NCBI GenBank assembly: GCA_963667175.2
Contig: CAXXXF010000015.1
Span: 576,001 to 640,000 of the forward strand
DNA from: Candidatus Latescibacterota bacterium
GTDB taxonomy: Bacteria > Latescibacterota > UBA2968 > GCA-2709665
Direction of reading: 5' to 3'
DNA: 64,000 bases
Shown here: in pieces, positions 39,428 through 49,184 of the stretch
Layout: each line of letters opens with the position of its first letter
Position numbering within the stretch: position 1 is the first letter of the stretch
The notes under the pieces: generated by a model
What the model saw: the letters and a program-made list of their open reading frames with translations, nothing else
The model's database searches: none
Told to the model about the DNA's origin: nothing
Made by a program: the position numbers and the translations under genes

Positions 39428-39748
39428 CTACCGAAGCCCCCAGCCATTCTTCATCAACCAGTCGCGGACCTGCTGACGGCAATCCCCCTGCAGTTCAATC
39501 GTATTCTCCCGGAACGTCCCTCCCGTTCCGCACGCTTGCCGCAGGGACCGCGCCAGGTCCTTCATATCTCCCTTCGCCAGCACCAGGCCGCCGGCCAGCG
39601 TTACGACCTTGCCCCGCTTCCGTTTCTCCAGCGAAATCCGAATCCGCTGCTCCTCCGGCGCACGGGAGACCAGCACTTCCACGTCAACGTCAGGCACGTC
39701 GTCGGAAACAAACGCCCAACCCTCTCCTGAAGTTCGCTTAACCGCCAT
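39428..39748 (-). CDS. yciH: Translation initiation factor SUI1/YciH
   Basis: RGKVVT, L..ACGTGGT, IELQGD. Confidence 0.85.
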   Translation of the reverse strand: MAVKRTSGEGWAFVSDDVPDVDVEVLVSRAPEEQRIRISLEKRKRGKVVTLAGGLVLAKGDMKDLARSLRQACGTGGTFRENTIELQGDCRQQVRDWLMKNGWGLR

Positions 39749-39804
39749 ATTTCTCCCCTAAAGACAGCCGGGTAACAGAACCATGCGTTTTTCTGATGGT
39801 CACT

Positions 39805-41013
39805 TCAGTTCACGGCTTTCTTTTCCCCGTCTCCAAAATCGGGCACGGCCGTTAACGCGCCACCGTTCATCGCGGACTGGTGCGCGATCAGCCCCGGAAC
39901 CAGGTACCGCGCCGCCTGCCAAACGCTGTTCGGCGGCGTTTCGCCCGTCACACACGCAGTCACGAAATCGTGTACCAGAAACTGGTGGGCGCCCTTGTGC
40001 CCGTTGCTCAGGCCGATAAATTCTCTCGGCAGGAGATGGACAGGATGCACTCGCGACACGCCCTGGTGCGTGCCGTCGTCCCCCGTCACCGCGCCCATCG
40101 GGTCGTCGGCAGGGCCGGCCGGCACGCCCTCGCAGGACAATTCCGCGGTCAGGTCCACGCAGGTCTTCCGGTCCTTGTTGATCCACACCTGACCGCCCAC
40201 CTGCTCCTCGTAACCGGCGTCCGTTCCATACAGACTCATCCCGACCGTGCCGGGATGTCCGATCCGGCGGAACTCGTTGAAGCGCGCCACGCTCCCGTCC
40301 GACATCCTGCACAACATGGTTTCGTTGCTGAACGGGTTCTTCCAGACATTGTCCTCGCGCGCATACAGATTGTCTTCATGGCGATCGACGAAGCCCATGC
40401 CGCTCACGCGCGTGGCATGCGCTCCTGTAACCGAAACGATCATACTTGTCGAATGCGTCGGATAAAACATAGGGGGCGACCCGAAATACCGCTTCCACTC
40501 TTCGCCGTGGCGCCACTGGGACACCGCGTACAGTCCGTGGGAGTAATCGTGGCAATACTCCGCCTCCCCGTACACGATATGGCCGAAGTCTCCCTTCCGA
40601 AAGCGGTCGCGGCAGTAGATCGTACACGGGTAATAGTAACTCGTCTCCCCGATCATATACGTCAACCCCGTCTCCTCCACGGCCTTGACGAGATCGGATA
40701 TTTCCTCCAGGCTGACGGCTGACGGCACCGCGGAATACACGTGCTTGCCGCTGCGCAGCGCCTGTACCGCCTGCGGCCCATGCAGGTGATGCTGGGTGAT
40801 GATCGCGATCGCGTCCACGTCGGATTCACACAGCGCATCAAGCGACAGATAGGTGTCCGGCACGTCGAAGCGCGCCGATTTCTCGGCCAGTTTCCTCGCG
40901 TCCAGATCCGACAGCACCAGGTGGTCCACGTCCGGATGCGCTTTGAAGAGCGGGATGAACGAATTTGCAAACGCTCCGGTTCCGCAGATCCCTAGACGGA
41001 TACCCATCTTCAC
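39805..41013 (-). CDS. Gfo/Idh/MocA family oxidoreductase
   Basis: LGICGTGAF, GKHVYSAVP, YMIGETSYY, YPTHS. Confidence 0.88.
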   Translation of the reverse strand: MKMGIRLGICGTGAFANSFIPLFKAHPDVDHLVLSDLDARKLAEKSARFDVPDTYLSLDALCESDVDAIAIITQHHLHGPQAVQALRSGKHVYSAVPSAVSLEEISDLVKAVEETGLTYMIGETSYYYPCTIYCRDRFRKGDFGHIVYGEAEYCHDYSHGLYAVSQWRHGEEWKRYFGSPPMFYPTHSTSMIVSVTGAHATRVSGMGFVDRHEDNLYAREDNVWKNPFSNETMLCRMSDGSVARFNEFRRIGHPGTVGMSLYGTDAGYEEQVGGQVWINKDRKTCVDLTAELSCEGVPAGPADDPMGAVTGDDGTHQGVSRVHPVHLLPREFIGLSNGHKGAHQFLVHDFVTACVTGETPPNSVWQAARYLVPGLIAHQSAMNGGALTAVPDFGDGEKKAVN

Positions 41014-41229
41014 CTCGCAAAAAAACCTGACTCACACGAAGGCACAAAGACTCAAAGGAAACCATCGAAACGCGGGCAACCACAAGGGTTGCCCCTACAG
41101 ATACAAAAAGGAAACGTGCGGACGAAGTTTCCGCGCTATAAGGTACAACGTCAATTTAGTTTCGAACATCGCCAGGTGCTATCCAGCGGACGGTCGTGGA
41201 GTGCGGGGTTTTTCCGTGCTATTCCGTCT

Positions 41230-41410
41230 GGCAACATCGCTCGGGATGGGCTGGTCAGGTGACAGGGCGCCCAACCTCCATCTGCGCCACTGAGGTGGTT
41301 CACGGAAAAACCGGCCCCGCGGCGTTTGAGCGGCCTGCCTGCGCCTGCCTGGCCGGCAGGCAGGCGCCGTTCTTTTTGGTCCTTTTTCTTGGGCGTACAA
41401 GAAAAAGGAC
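41230..41410. repeat. Intergenic repeat ending in a GTCCTTTTTCTTG..CAAGAAAAAGGAC hairpin, with a 31-nt CCTG hairpin at 41334-41364
   Basis: Perfect inverted repeat at 41378-41410; CCTGCCTG-CG-CC..GG-CAGGCAGG. Confidence 0.6.
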
Positions 41411-41684
41411 TTAAATAAATAAAAATAATAGGTTTATTCGAAATTTATCGACGTTTCCGTTGAGATACGTACCATTCGCCATTACCGTCTCTACCCTGTC
41501 ATCAACGTTAAACGATAAGAAATACCCGAATAGCGTAATGCGCAAGCCAGAAAACCTTTCGCCCGGTAAGCCGGTCAGCTGAATCGGCCGCCAATGCGGA
41601 AGCAGGGCTTCGCTGTGGCGCACCTGTTGATTCTTGAACACCGGACCCGCATTTCGTAAATTGTCCCTATCGAAAGGAGGCGCT

Positions 41685-44009
41685 ATGGATCTCTCGAAGT
41701 TTCAGGACGACGCCATCGAAACCGAATGGCTGCTCGCGGAATCGGAGCAGGTTGGACCCGTCAGTCTCCCCCTGGACGTCGGCGACTGGGGTCTGGCCAA
41801 CGAAATCCGCGCCGATATCTTCCTCACCGAGGGGGTGGACGACCAGATCTACTGCACCCTCACCTCGGGACATCGCACCGAAGGCATGAGCGAGGACGAC
41901 GGCTATTGGTTCAACGCCATCGTTTCCCCTCGCGGCGGCAACGTCTGGCGGGGCTGGCGGGAATTCCGTTTCCCCGCCGAGTGTTTCTACACCCGGGGCA
42001 TCCCGTCCTCAGGGTGGGGCGACATGTCCTCGGGCGATATCCGTCTGCCGTCCGGAAGCCGCGTCCGGAATATCCGCCTGGTCCGGCGCCGTATCGTAAC
42101 GGGCCCGCGAATGACGGATGATGCCCTCGTCGCCGCGGTCGATCCGAGCTTCCCGGGACTCGAATCCGCGGCTCGGGCTGCGACGAAGAAAGCCCGGCTT
42201 GCGGCAATCGCGGCGCACTTCCGGTCCAGCACCTTCGACCGGAGGCACACGACGCCCGGCCCCGGAACCGACGCAAACATTGAAGAGGCGGACCGGATCC
42301 TGGCCGGTTACATCATGGACCACCATTGGCCCGACGGCGTGGACTGGGACGCCAACCCCTACGGATATATCGAATGGTCCATCATCATCCACGCTTTCTA
42401 CTACTTCAAATCGCTTGAACAGGCATGGGCAACAACCCTCGACCCGAAATACGCAAAGGGAATCGAATCCATCCTGCGCGACTGGCTGCGCAAAACACCC
42501 GTGCCCTTCGGCGTCCGCGCGGGCGGCCTGGCCTGGGGACATTCGCTGATCGTCAGCATGCGGTCGTTCAATACGCTCGTCGATGCCTTCACGGTGCTGT
42601 GCGACTGTCCCGAAACCGAAGACCGGACGATCCTGGACCTGCTCAAATCCATCTACGAACACGCCGTCTACCTTTTGAAATTCGAGTCCTTCCCGCCCTC
42701 CAACAAAACCATATCGGAAGGCAGGTCCCTGCTCGCGACCGCCTGCTCCTTCCCGGAATTCAACGTATCCGAATCCTGGTACGAGGCCGCCAGCCGGCGG
42801 CTTCTGGACGATATGAACATCCAGGTGATGCCGGACGGCGCATCATACGAACTCACCCCGGGCTATCAGATCTCGATCGCCTCCTGGTTCCTCGACGCTT
42901 ATAACGTGGCTGGAAAGTTCGACCGGCAGCTCGATCCCGAACTGGAAGCCGGCATCCGGCGCATGTACGACTGGTGCGTCTCCATCAACCGGCCCGACTT
43001 CACCTTCCCATCCGTCTCCGACGCCGGCAGCCTGGATGGAAAGTTCGGCGACGCGCTCGCCCGTCCGGGCGGCATTCTCAACGACGAACACGCCACCTGG
43101 ATCGGTAGCGAGGGCGAAGAAGGCAACCCGCCGGAGTACGCCTCCATCGCACACCCGGACTCCGGTTACTTCGTCATGCGCAGCGGCTGGGATCGGGACG
43201 CCCGCTACATGCTGTTCGAAGGAGGGCCATACGGTCGTTTTCACCAGCACGAAGATATGCTTTCGTTCGATCTGTACTCCCACGGCCTGCCCTTTATCGT
43301 AGACCCGGGAATCACCTCGTACTACCCGAACCCGTGGACGTCGTTCTACCGGACAACCGAAGCGCACAACACGGTGCTCGTGGACGGCTGCGGGCAGAAC
43401 CGCCGGGCCCAGTCCATCGCCGAATGGGTGGAATCCGCCCGGGAACGGACGGTGTGGCGCTCCGACGACCGCTGCGACGTGGCCATGGCGACGTACGACG
43501 CGGGTTATGCCGGGCTGGACGCGGCCGTCGCCCATCGCCGGGTTGTCATGTTCGTCAAGCCCGATTACTTCCTGATCTTCGACGAACTCGCGGGCGAAGG
43601 CCGCCATACGTACGAGGCGCTCTTCCACTTCATGCCCTACCGCGTGCTGATCGACCCCGACACCGGCGCCGCCCGGACGGGGCGCATGCATCCGCCGAAC
43701 CTGGAAGTGGTGCCCCTCGTCAAAATGACCCCGCGCCTGGTCTGCGGCAGCAACGATCCGGTCCAGGGCTGGCTCGCCATCAGCGAGCAGGACGTTCCAG
43801 CGCCGGTCGTCATCTACAAAAAAAGGGCGACACTGCCCTTACGGACCGGGTACGCTCTCGTGCCCTTTACCGAAGGCGTCAGCGCGCGCCTCACGCCACG
43901 GATAACGCGTCGCGGCGACACCTGGAACGTGCGCATCGCGCGGCCGGACGGGACGATCGATCGGATCAACATGGACTGGCCCGACAGCAATGGTCCTGTG
44001 CTTGTGTAA
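41685..44009 (+). CDS. Heparinase II/III family polysaccharide lyase
   Basis: QVMPDGASYELTPGY, DSGYFVMRSGW, HQHEDMLSF, VDPG, TEAHNTVLVDG. AAGGAGG RBS. Confidence 0.88.
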   Translation: MDLSKFQDDAIETEWLLAESEQVGPVSLPLDVGDWGLANEIRADIFLTEGVDDQIYCTLTSGHRTEGMSEDDGYWFNAIVSPRGGNVWRGWREFRFPAECFYTRGIPSSGWGDMSSGDIRLPSGSRVRNIRLVRRRIVTGPRMTDDALVAAVDPSFPGLESAARAATKKARLAAIAAHFRSSTFDRRHTTPGPGTDANIEEADRILAGYIMDHHWPDGVDWDANPYGYIEWSIIIHAFYYFKSLEQAWATTLDPKYAKGIESILRDWLRKTPVPFGVRAGGLAWGHSLIVSMRSFNTLVDAFTVLCDCPETEDRTILDLLKSIYEHAVYLLKFESFPPSNKTISEGRSLLATACSFPEFNVSESWYEAASRRLLDDMNIQVMPDGASYELTPGYQISIASWFLDAYNVAGKFDRQLDPELEAGIRRMYDWCVSINRPDFTFPSVSDAGSLDGKFGDALARPGGILNDEHATWIGSEGEEGNPPEYASIAHPDSGYFVMRSGWDRDARYMLFEGGPYGRFHQHEDMLSFDLYSHGLPFIVDPGITSYYPNPWTSFYRTTEAHNTVLVDGCGQNRRAQSIAEWVESARERTVWRSDDRCDVAMATYDAGYAGLDAAVAHRRVVMFVKPDYFLIFDELAGEGRHTYEALFHFMPYRVLIDPDTGAARTGRMHPPNLEVVPLVKMTPRLVCGSNDPVQGWLAISEQDVPAPVVIYKKRATLPLRTGYALVPFTEGVSARLTPRITRRGDTWNVRIARPDGTIDRINMDWPDSNGPVLV

Positions 44010-44053
44010 GCTCCCCAACCCACAGAGCATCAAGACCCCGAGTAAGGAGGTTG

Positions 44054-44236
44054 ATGGTGAAAATGCCAGAATACACCTTCTGGCAGGACGGTCCGATGTA
44101 TGTCGGATATCTTGATGAGTATCCCGACTATCGGACACAGGGCGAGACTACGGATGAATTGAAGGGGAATTTGATCGACATCTACAATGAACTGACAGGC
44201 GGCGCCATTCCATGCGTGCGGGGGCTTGCCGGCTGA
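44054..44236 (+). CDS. HicB-family antitoxin, short, no adjacent HicA
   Basis: YTFWQDGPMYVGYLDEYPDYRTQGETTDELKGNL; AAGGAGG RBS; forms the tail of track ORF 43334..44236. Confidence 0.75.
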   Translation: MVKMPEYTFWQDGPMYVGYLDEYPDYRTQGETTDELKGNLIDIYNELTGGAIPCVRGLAG

Positions 44237-44270
44237 ACGAATCTCGTAACTCCCTCTTTTGGAGAAACCA

Positions 44271-45947
44271 ATGCAGCCCAACTATGACGTTGACATGAGC
44301 CTGGACGTAAAGGTCCCCATGCGCGATGGAGTAAATCTCTCGGCGGACGTTTACCTGCCGCGTACACGCGGGAGATTCCCCACTGTCCTCATGCGTACTC
44401 CCTATAGCAATAACGCCGATCCGATGGTCGAAAAGGCCAGGCGGCTCGCGAACGACGGATACGCCTGCGTCCTGCAGGATTGCCGCGGGCGCTGGGACTC
44501 CGAAGGCGCCTATTATGCGTTCCGGGAAGGAGAAGACGGGTACGATACCCAGGAGTGGATCGGGGCCCGGGAATGGTGCGACGGCAACGTCGGCATGGCC
44601 GGAAGTTCCTACGGCGGGACGGTGCAGTGGCGCAGCGCGCCGTACCGGAGCCGCTATCTGAAATGCATCGCACCCAGGGTGATCTGCACCGATTATTACA
44701 CGGGTCTCGTCCACCCCGGCGGCGCCTTCCAGCTCAACGTGCTGCTGACCTGGGGCATGCGTACCAACGCCCGCACCGGCCAGACCATCGAGTTTCACAA
44801 CTGGACCGAAGCCTTCCGGGCGCTACCGCTCGAGAAAATGGACGAACACGCAGGCCGCAATCTGGCCTTCTGGAAAGACTGGGTCGAACACGACGCGTAC
44901 GACGACTACTGGGAGGAATTCAACGACGAAACCCGGTGGCGCGACATTGCAGCCCCCGCGTTCAATATGGGCGGCTGGTACGACCTCTATGCCGCGCAGA
45001 CGTTCAGCAACTACAACGGGCTTCGCCTGAACGGCGGGTCGGAAGAGGCAAGGAAGAGCAAACTCATTGTCGGTCCGTGGCCGCATGCGCTCAGCGCGTC
45101 GCCGAAGACAGGCGACGTCGATTTCGGGGCGCCTTCCATGGTCGATCTCGAAAGCCTGGAACAGCGCTGGTTCGACTATTGGCTCAAGGGCATCGACAAC
45201 GGCATTGCGGACGAACCGCCGTTGCGGCTGTTCATCATGGGCGTCAACCGGTGGCGCGACGAATTCGAGTGGCCCCTCGCGCGGACCCAATGGCAAAAGT
45301 GGCGCCTGCATTCCGCCGGGCAGGCCAACACGTTGCTTGGCGACGGCTGCCTGTCAGTCGAATCGCCGGCGCAGGAATCCCCGGACCGCTTCACGTACGA
45401 TCCCCGCTACCCGGTACCGACCATGGGCGGCAACAACTGCTGCTCTCCACATATCGTGCCATGGGGGCCGCAGGACCAGCGGCCGGTGGAAATGCGGAGC
45501 GACGTGCTCTGCTATACCAGCGACCCTATGCAAGCTGACCTGGAGGTCACGGGACCCGTTAAAGCGGTCGTTTACGCCGCCACAGACTGTACGGACACGG
45601 ACTGGACCGCCAAGCTGGTGGACGTGTCGCCATCCGGGTACGCAATGAACCTCTGCGACGGCATCCTGAGAGCCCGCTTCCGGGAAAGCCTTACAGACCC
45701 GACTCTGCTAGAACCCGGCAACGTCTACGCCTATGAGATCGACCTGGGCGTCACCGGAAACGTCTTCAGGAAAGGCCACCGCATCCGCCTCGAGGTCTCG
45801 TCGTCGAACTTCCCGCGGTTCGACCGGAATCTCAACACGGGCGGTTCCCTCGGCAGCGAGACCGGGATGCGCCAGGCCCATCAAACCGTCCATCACTCCC
45901 GACAATATCCATCCCATATTGTCCTGCCGGTAATCCCCGCAACGTAG
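44271..45947 (+). CDS. CocE/NonD family serine hydrolase
   Basis: VPMRDGVNLSADVY, RTPY, GSSYGG, GWYD, GPWPH, SSSNFPRFDRNLN. Confidence 0.93.
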   Translation: MQPNYDVDMSLDVKVPMRDGVNLSADVYLPRTRGRFPTVLMRTPYSNNADPMVEKARRLANDGYACVLQDCRGRWDSEGAYYAFREGEDGYDTQEWIGAREWCDGNVGMAGSSYGGTVQWRSAPYRSRYLKCIAPRVICTDYYTGLVHPGGAFQLNVLLTWGMRTNARTGQTIEFHNWTEAFRALPLEKMDEHAGRNLAFWKDWVEHDAYDDYWEEFNDETRWRDIAAPAFNMGGWYDLYAAQTFSNYNGLRLNGGSEEARKSKLIVGPWPHALSASPKTGDVDFGAPSMVDLESLEQRWFDYWLKGIDNGIADEPPLRLFIMGVNRWRDEFEWPLARTQWQKWRLHSAGQANTLLGDGCLSVESPAQESPDRFTYDPRYPVPTMGGNNCCSPHIVPWGPQDQRPVEMRSDVLCYTSDPMQADLEVTGPVKAVVYAATDCTDTDWTAKLVDVSPSGYAMNLCDGILRARFRESLTDPTLLEPGNVYAYEIDLGVTGNVFRKGHRIRLEVSSSNFPRFDRNLNTGGSLGSETGMRQAHQTVHHSRQYPSHIVLPVIPAT

Positions 45948-46020
45948 CGTTAAAGACCCACCGAGACGCCTGCGAGGTGCTGCCGGCCCGACCCGTTCCG
46001 AACGAAGAGGACTTCCGGAC

Positions 46021-47409
46021 ATGCCCGAACCCCATCTGGTCATTGCCATCCCGGACAAGAGCTTCGGTTTCGTTCCCGGCCAGCGGGTCTCCATCGACGT
46101 CCACGTGATCGGGCTCGATAAGCAGACGGTCCGCGTCCGGTTCGCGGTCAACGATCCCCTGGGCGCGACGCGGTTTTCATTTCGGGAAGTGGAACGGGAC
46201 CTCGACGGTGGGCACACGGTACTCCCGTTCGAATGCGACCTCGAATCCGACTTTCCGCCTGGCGCCTATCTCGTCACCGCGCATGTCCTTTCCAGTGCAC
46301 AGAATTTCAGAGCCATCGCCACCGAGTCCTTCGAGGTGGTCGCGCCCGGGCGCCGCCTGCCCGACGGCTTTCCGGTTGCGCCGCGAGACCGCATCATCGA
46401 TGCGAGCTACGTGTTCGACTCGACAGGTCCGGAAACACTGGCGAGGGCTTTCCAGACGGCGCATACGGCGTGTGAAGCGTGCCGCAATCCGGACGGCGGA
46501 TGGGGCCGGAGCCCGGATGCGGAAAAACCCGCGTACCGCTCGCCGGCGAATGTCACCCTGGGTTATCTGTACGGTTACGAGGCACTCGGCGACGAGCAAT
46601 ATGGAAAGCTCGCTCTGGGCGGCCTGGACTATCTCCTTTCGGAGCAGGAAGAGAACGGCGCCTTCCGATGGTGGTACAAAGCTGTCCCCGGCGGCGTGAT
46701 GAACCAGCGCGACAACTTCTATGACACGGGCTGGGCCGGGCTGGCGCTCGCCGAGGGATTTCGCGTTACGGGCGAGGCGAAATACCTCGATGCCGTTCGA
46801 AGGGCCGCTGACTGGACGATGACCTGCCCGTTTACGGGAAACAACAACTACGATGCATTCGCCCTCTGGTTTCTCTCCCTGCTGTATGACGTTACAGGAG
46901 AAGAAAAATACCTGGACACGGCCGTCTGGCGGACAAATGGCGGTGTTTTCTTCGCGCAGCTTCCCAGGGGCGGATGGCCGGGTCATAACTTCCATATCGG
47001 CTATCAATCCATTACCGCCAACGGCCTTGCGTCCCTGTTCGACGTGCTCCCCCGGGACCATCCGTTCTCCGATCCGCTCAGGGATCGCCTCTGCGCGGCC
47101 CTCAATTTCGCCACATTCCTGCAGACGGAGACGGGGGACTATTGCATGGGTTGGGAATATGACCGTGACTTCCGTCTCGACGGCGCGGGACGGCCCGCGG
47201 GAAACACGGTACCCGCCCGGGCCGAGCTCGTTCGCGCCTTTTACAAGACCCGCGCCCGCCTGGATGTGCCGGTCAATATCCTCAACGGGCTCTGCCGTTC
47301 CACCATCGCCAGAATCGAATCCCTTGAGGATCGCTCCGAAGACGGCCGGACCGAGCACACCTGCCTGATGGATATCGGCACGCTCCTCAAATGGCGCCAC
47401 AACAAATGA
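46021..47409 (+). CDS. Hypothetical protein: N-terminal beta-sandwich plus alpha/alpha-barrel (six-hairpin glycosidase-like)
   Basis: Repeated 'Y..TG(D/E)..YL..A' helical-hairpin motifs; NPDGGW and QEENGAF motifs. Confidence 0.6.
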   Translation: MPEPHLVIAIPDKSFGFVPGQRVSIDVHVIGLDKQTVRVRFAVNDPLGATRFSFREVERDLDGGHTVLPFECDLESDFPPGAYLVTAHVLSSAQNFRAIATESFEVVAPGRRLPDGFPVAPRDRIIDASYVFDSTGPETLARAFQTAHTACEACRNPDGGWGRSPDAEKPAYRSPANVTLGYLYGYEALGDEQYGKLALGGLDYLLSEQEENGAFRWWYKAVPGGVMNQRDNFYDTGWAGLALAEGFRVTGEAKYLDAVRRAADWTMTCPFTGNNNYDAFALWFLSLLYDVTGEEKYLDTAVWRTNGGVFFAQLPRGGWPGHNFHIGYQSITANGLASLFDVLPRDHPFSDPLRDRLCAALNFATFLQTETGDYCMGWEYDRDFRLDGAGRPAGNTVPARAELVRAFYKTRARLDVPVNILNGLCRSTIARIESLEDRSEDGRTEHTCLMDIGTLLKWRHNK

Positions 47410-47483
47410 GGCACGGCTCGCGCCGTGCCTTGAATTTCTCCGATTGGACCCGTGAGCCCGTGCTCCCAACAGCCCGGTCGGCG

Positions 47484-48371
47484 TCACCTCGGCGCCACTT
47501 CAATCTCGAACAGCTTCGGCCATCGCTTCCCGGTCACGAACAGGCGCTTCCCTCCCGGATCGTAGGCGATTCCGTTCAGCGCGGCATCCGCGCCGAGCCG
47601 TTCCCGCCCTGCCATTAATCCGGTCAGATCGATCCAGCCCAACACCCGGCCGGACTCAGGGTCGATTCTGGCGATCAAATCCGATTCCCAGACGTTCGCA
47701 TAGACCTCGCCGTCAACGTATTCCAGTTCATTCAGGCGGGTCACGGGTCCCCTATCGTCCCGCACCTCCACCCGCCCGACCTCCTGAAACGTCTCCGGAT
47801 CCCTGAAAGACAGCGTGGGCGTTCCATCGCTGACGATCAGCCGCCGGCCGTCGTGCGTAATTCCCCACCCCTCGGTGGTATAGGTGAATGACCGAATGCG
47901 TTCGAATGTTTCCTTGTTGTAGACAAATCCGGTCCTCGCCACCCAGGTCAGCTGAATGACGTGGTTTCCGAAGATCGTAATCCCTTCGCCGAAATAGCGG
48001 GATTCCATCGGCTGGAACCGGATGACACGGCCTGTTTCCAGCACGACCTTGCGCAAGGAGGACCGCCCGTAGAGCCCGGTTCCCTCGAACAGGAAGCCGT
48101 TCTCATAGACGAGACCCTGGGTAAACGCGCCGGGATCGTGAGGGTAGGTATGTCTTACGCGGAACGTGTATTGTCGCGGCTTCCCGATCGAATCCTGATG
48201 GGAAGAAACGACCCTGTGTCCGGATGCGGCGTGGAGGGCGCTCGAATCCGCCCCCCGCACTTCCACCACGGCGGACGCGACGAAAACAAACAGAATAATT
48301 CCATGCAAATGGAAAATGCCTGGAAATCGGGAATGCGAGTGCTGTGTTTTGCTTCGAGACTGCGAGGTCAT
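47484..48371 (-). CDS. Glutaminyl-peptide cyclotransferase
   Basis: PHDPGAFTQGL, EGTGLYG, FGEGIT, EGWG, LNELE, LNGIAYD, TGKRWP. Start uncertain. Confidence 0.92.
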   Translation of the reverse strand: MTSQSRSKTQHSHSRFPGIFHLHGIILFVFVASAVVEVRGADSSALHAASGHRVVSSHQDSIGKPRQYTFRVRHTYPHDPGAFTQGLVYENGFLFEGTGLYGRSSLRKVVLETGRVIRFQPMESRYFGEGITIFGNHVIQLTWVARTGFVYNKETFERIRSFTYTTEGWGITHDGRRLIVSDGTPTLSFRDPETFQEVGRVEVRDDRGPVTRLNELEYVDGEVYANVWESDLIARIDPESGRVLGWIDLTGLMAGRERLGADAALNGIAYDPGGKRLFVTGKRWPKLFEIEVAPR

Positions 48372-48395
48372 TTCTATCTGTGTTTTTCTTGATTT

Positions 48396-48842
48396 TCATT
48401 TTTTACTTTGCTGCGATGCCGAGGGATCGCCCTCGATCCACTCTTCGCCGTCCGTCCACACTTCCTTCTTCCAGATCGGCACGGTTTCCTTCAATCGGTC
48501 AATCGCGTAGTGACAGGCTTCCAGAGCGGCTTTGCGGTGCGGCGCCGAGATCGCAATCAACACGCTGGTCTCGCCAATTTCCAATCGCCCAACCCGATGC
48601 AGCATCCCCACCCGGTCCACCTCCCACTTCTCTTTCACCTCGCCGCCGATTTCCGCCATCTTCATTTCGGCCATCTCCCTGTAGGCGTCGTAAACCAGGT
48701 ATCTGGTCCGCCGGCCCTGCGACTGGTTCCGCACCACCCCGGCGAAGGTCGCCACCGCGCCGTCCGATTCTCTCAACACGGTATCGTGCAGCGCGTCGGG
48801 CTGTATGGCCTCTCCCTGAATGCGATACAGATCAGCGGACAT
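48396..48842 (-). CDS. moaE: Molybdopterin synthase catalytic subunit
   Basis: GAVATFAGVVR, HRVGRL.IGE, SAPHR, IDRLKETVPIWKKE; GGAGG RBS. Confidence 0.93.
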   Translation of the reverse strand: MSADLYRIQGEAIQPDALHDTVLRESDGAVATFAGVVRNQSQGRRTRYLVYDAYREMAEMKMAEIGGEVKEKWEVDRVGMLHRVGRLEIGETSVLIAISAPHRKAALEACHYAIDRLKETVPIWKKEVWTDGEEWIEGDPSASQQSKK

Positions 48843-49134
48843 GGGACCTTCCTCCCCGCGATTCGCCTGTCGCAACGCCGCCCGCGGCCGCTCCCCCGCT
48901 TACCGGCGGGATGAGCGCCGCCTCATCCCCGTCTTGGAGCGGCTGCGACCGGTCCACGTACGCCTGGTTAACCGACACCATCAGACTGGCTTCCATCTCC
49001 GTAAAGCGGGGGTGATCCGCCGCCAGCCGCGCCAGCAGATCGGACACACTTGCGCCATCGGACATGGTAATCGACGTCTGGCTTTTTCCGACAAGGTCTC
49101 TGCACGACGCGAAAAACAAGACTTTAATCTCCAT
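48832..49134 (-). CDS. moaD: Molybdopterin synthase sulfur carrier with a 19-aa extension after Gly-Gly
   Basis: IKVLFFAS.RD..G, SVNQAY, L.DGDEAALIPPVSGG, then AAAGGVATGESRGGRSHVR. Confidence 0.88.
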   Translation of the reverse strand: MEIKVLFFASCRDLVGKSQTSITMSDGASVSDLLARLAADHPRFTEMEASLMVSVNQAYVDRSQPLQDGDEAALIPPVSGGAAAGGVATGESRGGRSHVR

Positions 49135-49184
49135 CGGCCGTCCTCTGACCCGCACCGCTGGAAGCATACGACAAGATCGATCCG

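Noticed and set aside
35136-39730. Long antisense ORFs (35136-36497, 36460-37776, 37460-39730)
   Set aside because: Shadows of the GC-rich regulator, kinase and oxidoreductase genes.
41411-41641. 76-aa minus-strand ORF or possible riboswitch upstream of the heparinase
   Set aside because: No recognisable protein or RNA motif.
48832-48900. Programmed frameshift producing a MoaD-MoaE fusion
   Set aside because: moaE has its own GGAGG and ATG, and a simple +1 shift in the G run would destroy the Gly-Gly motif.
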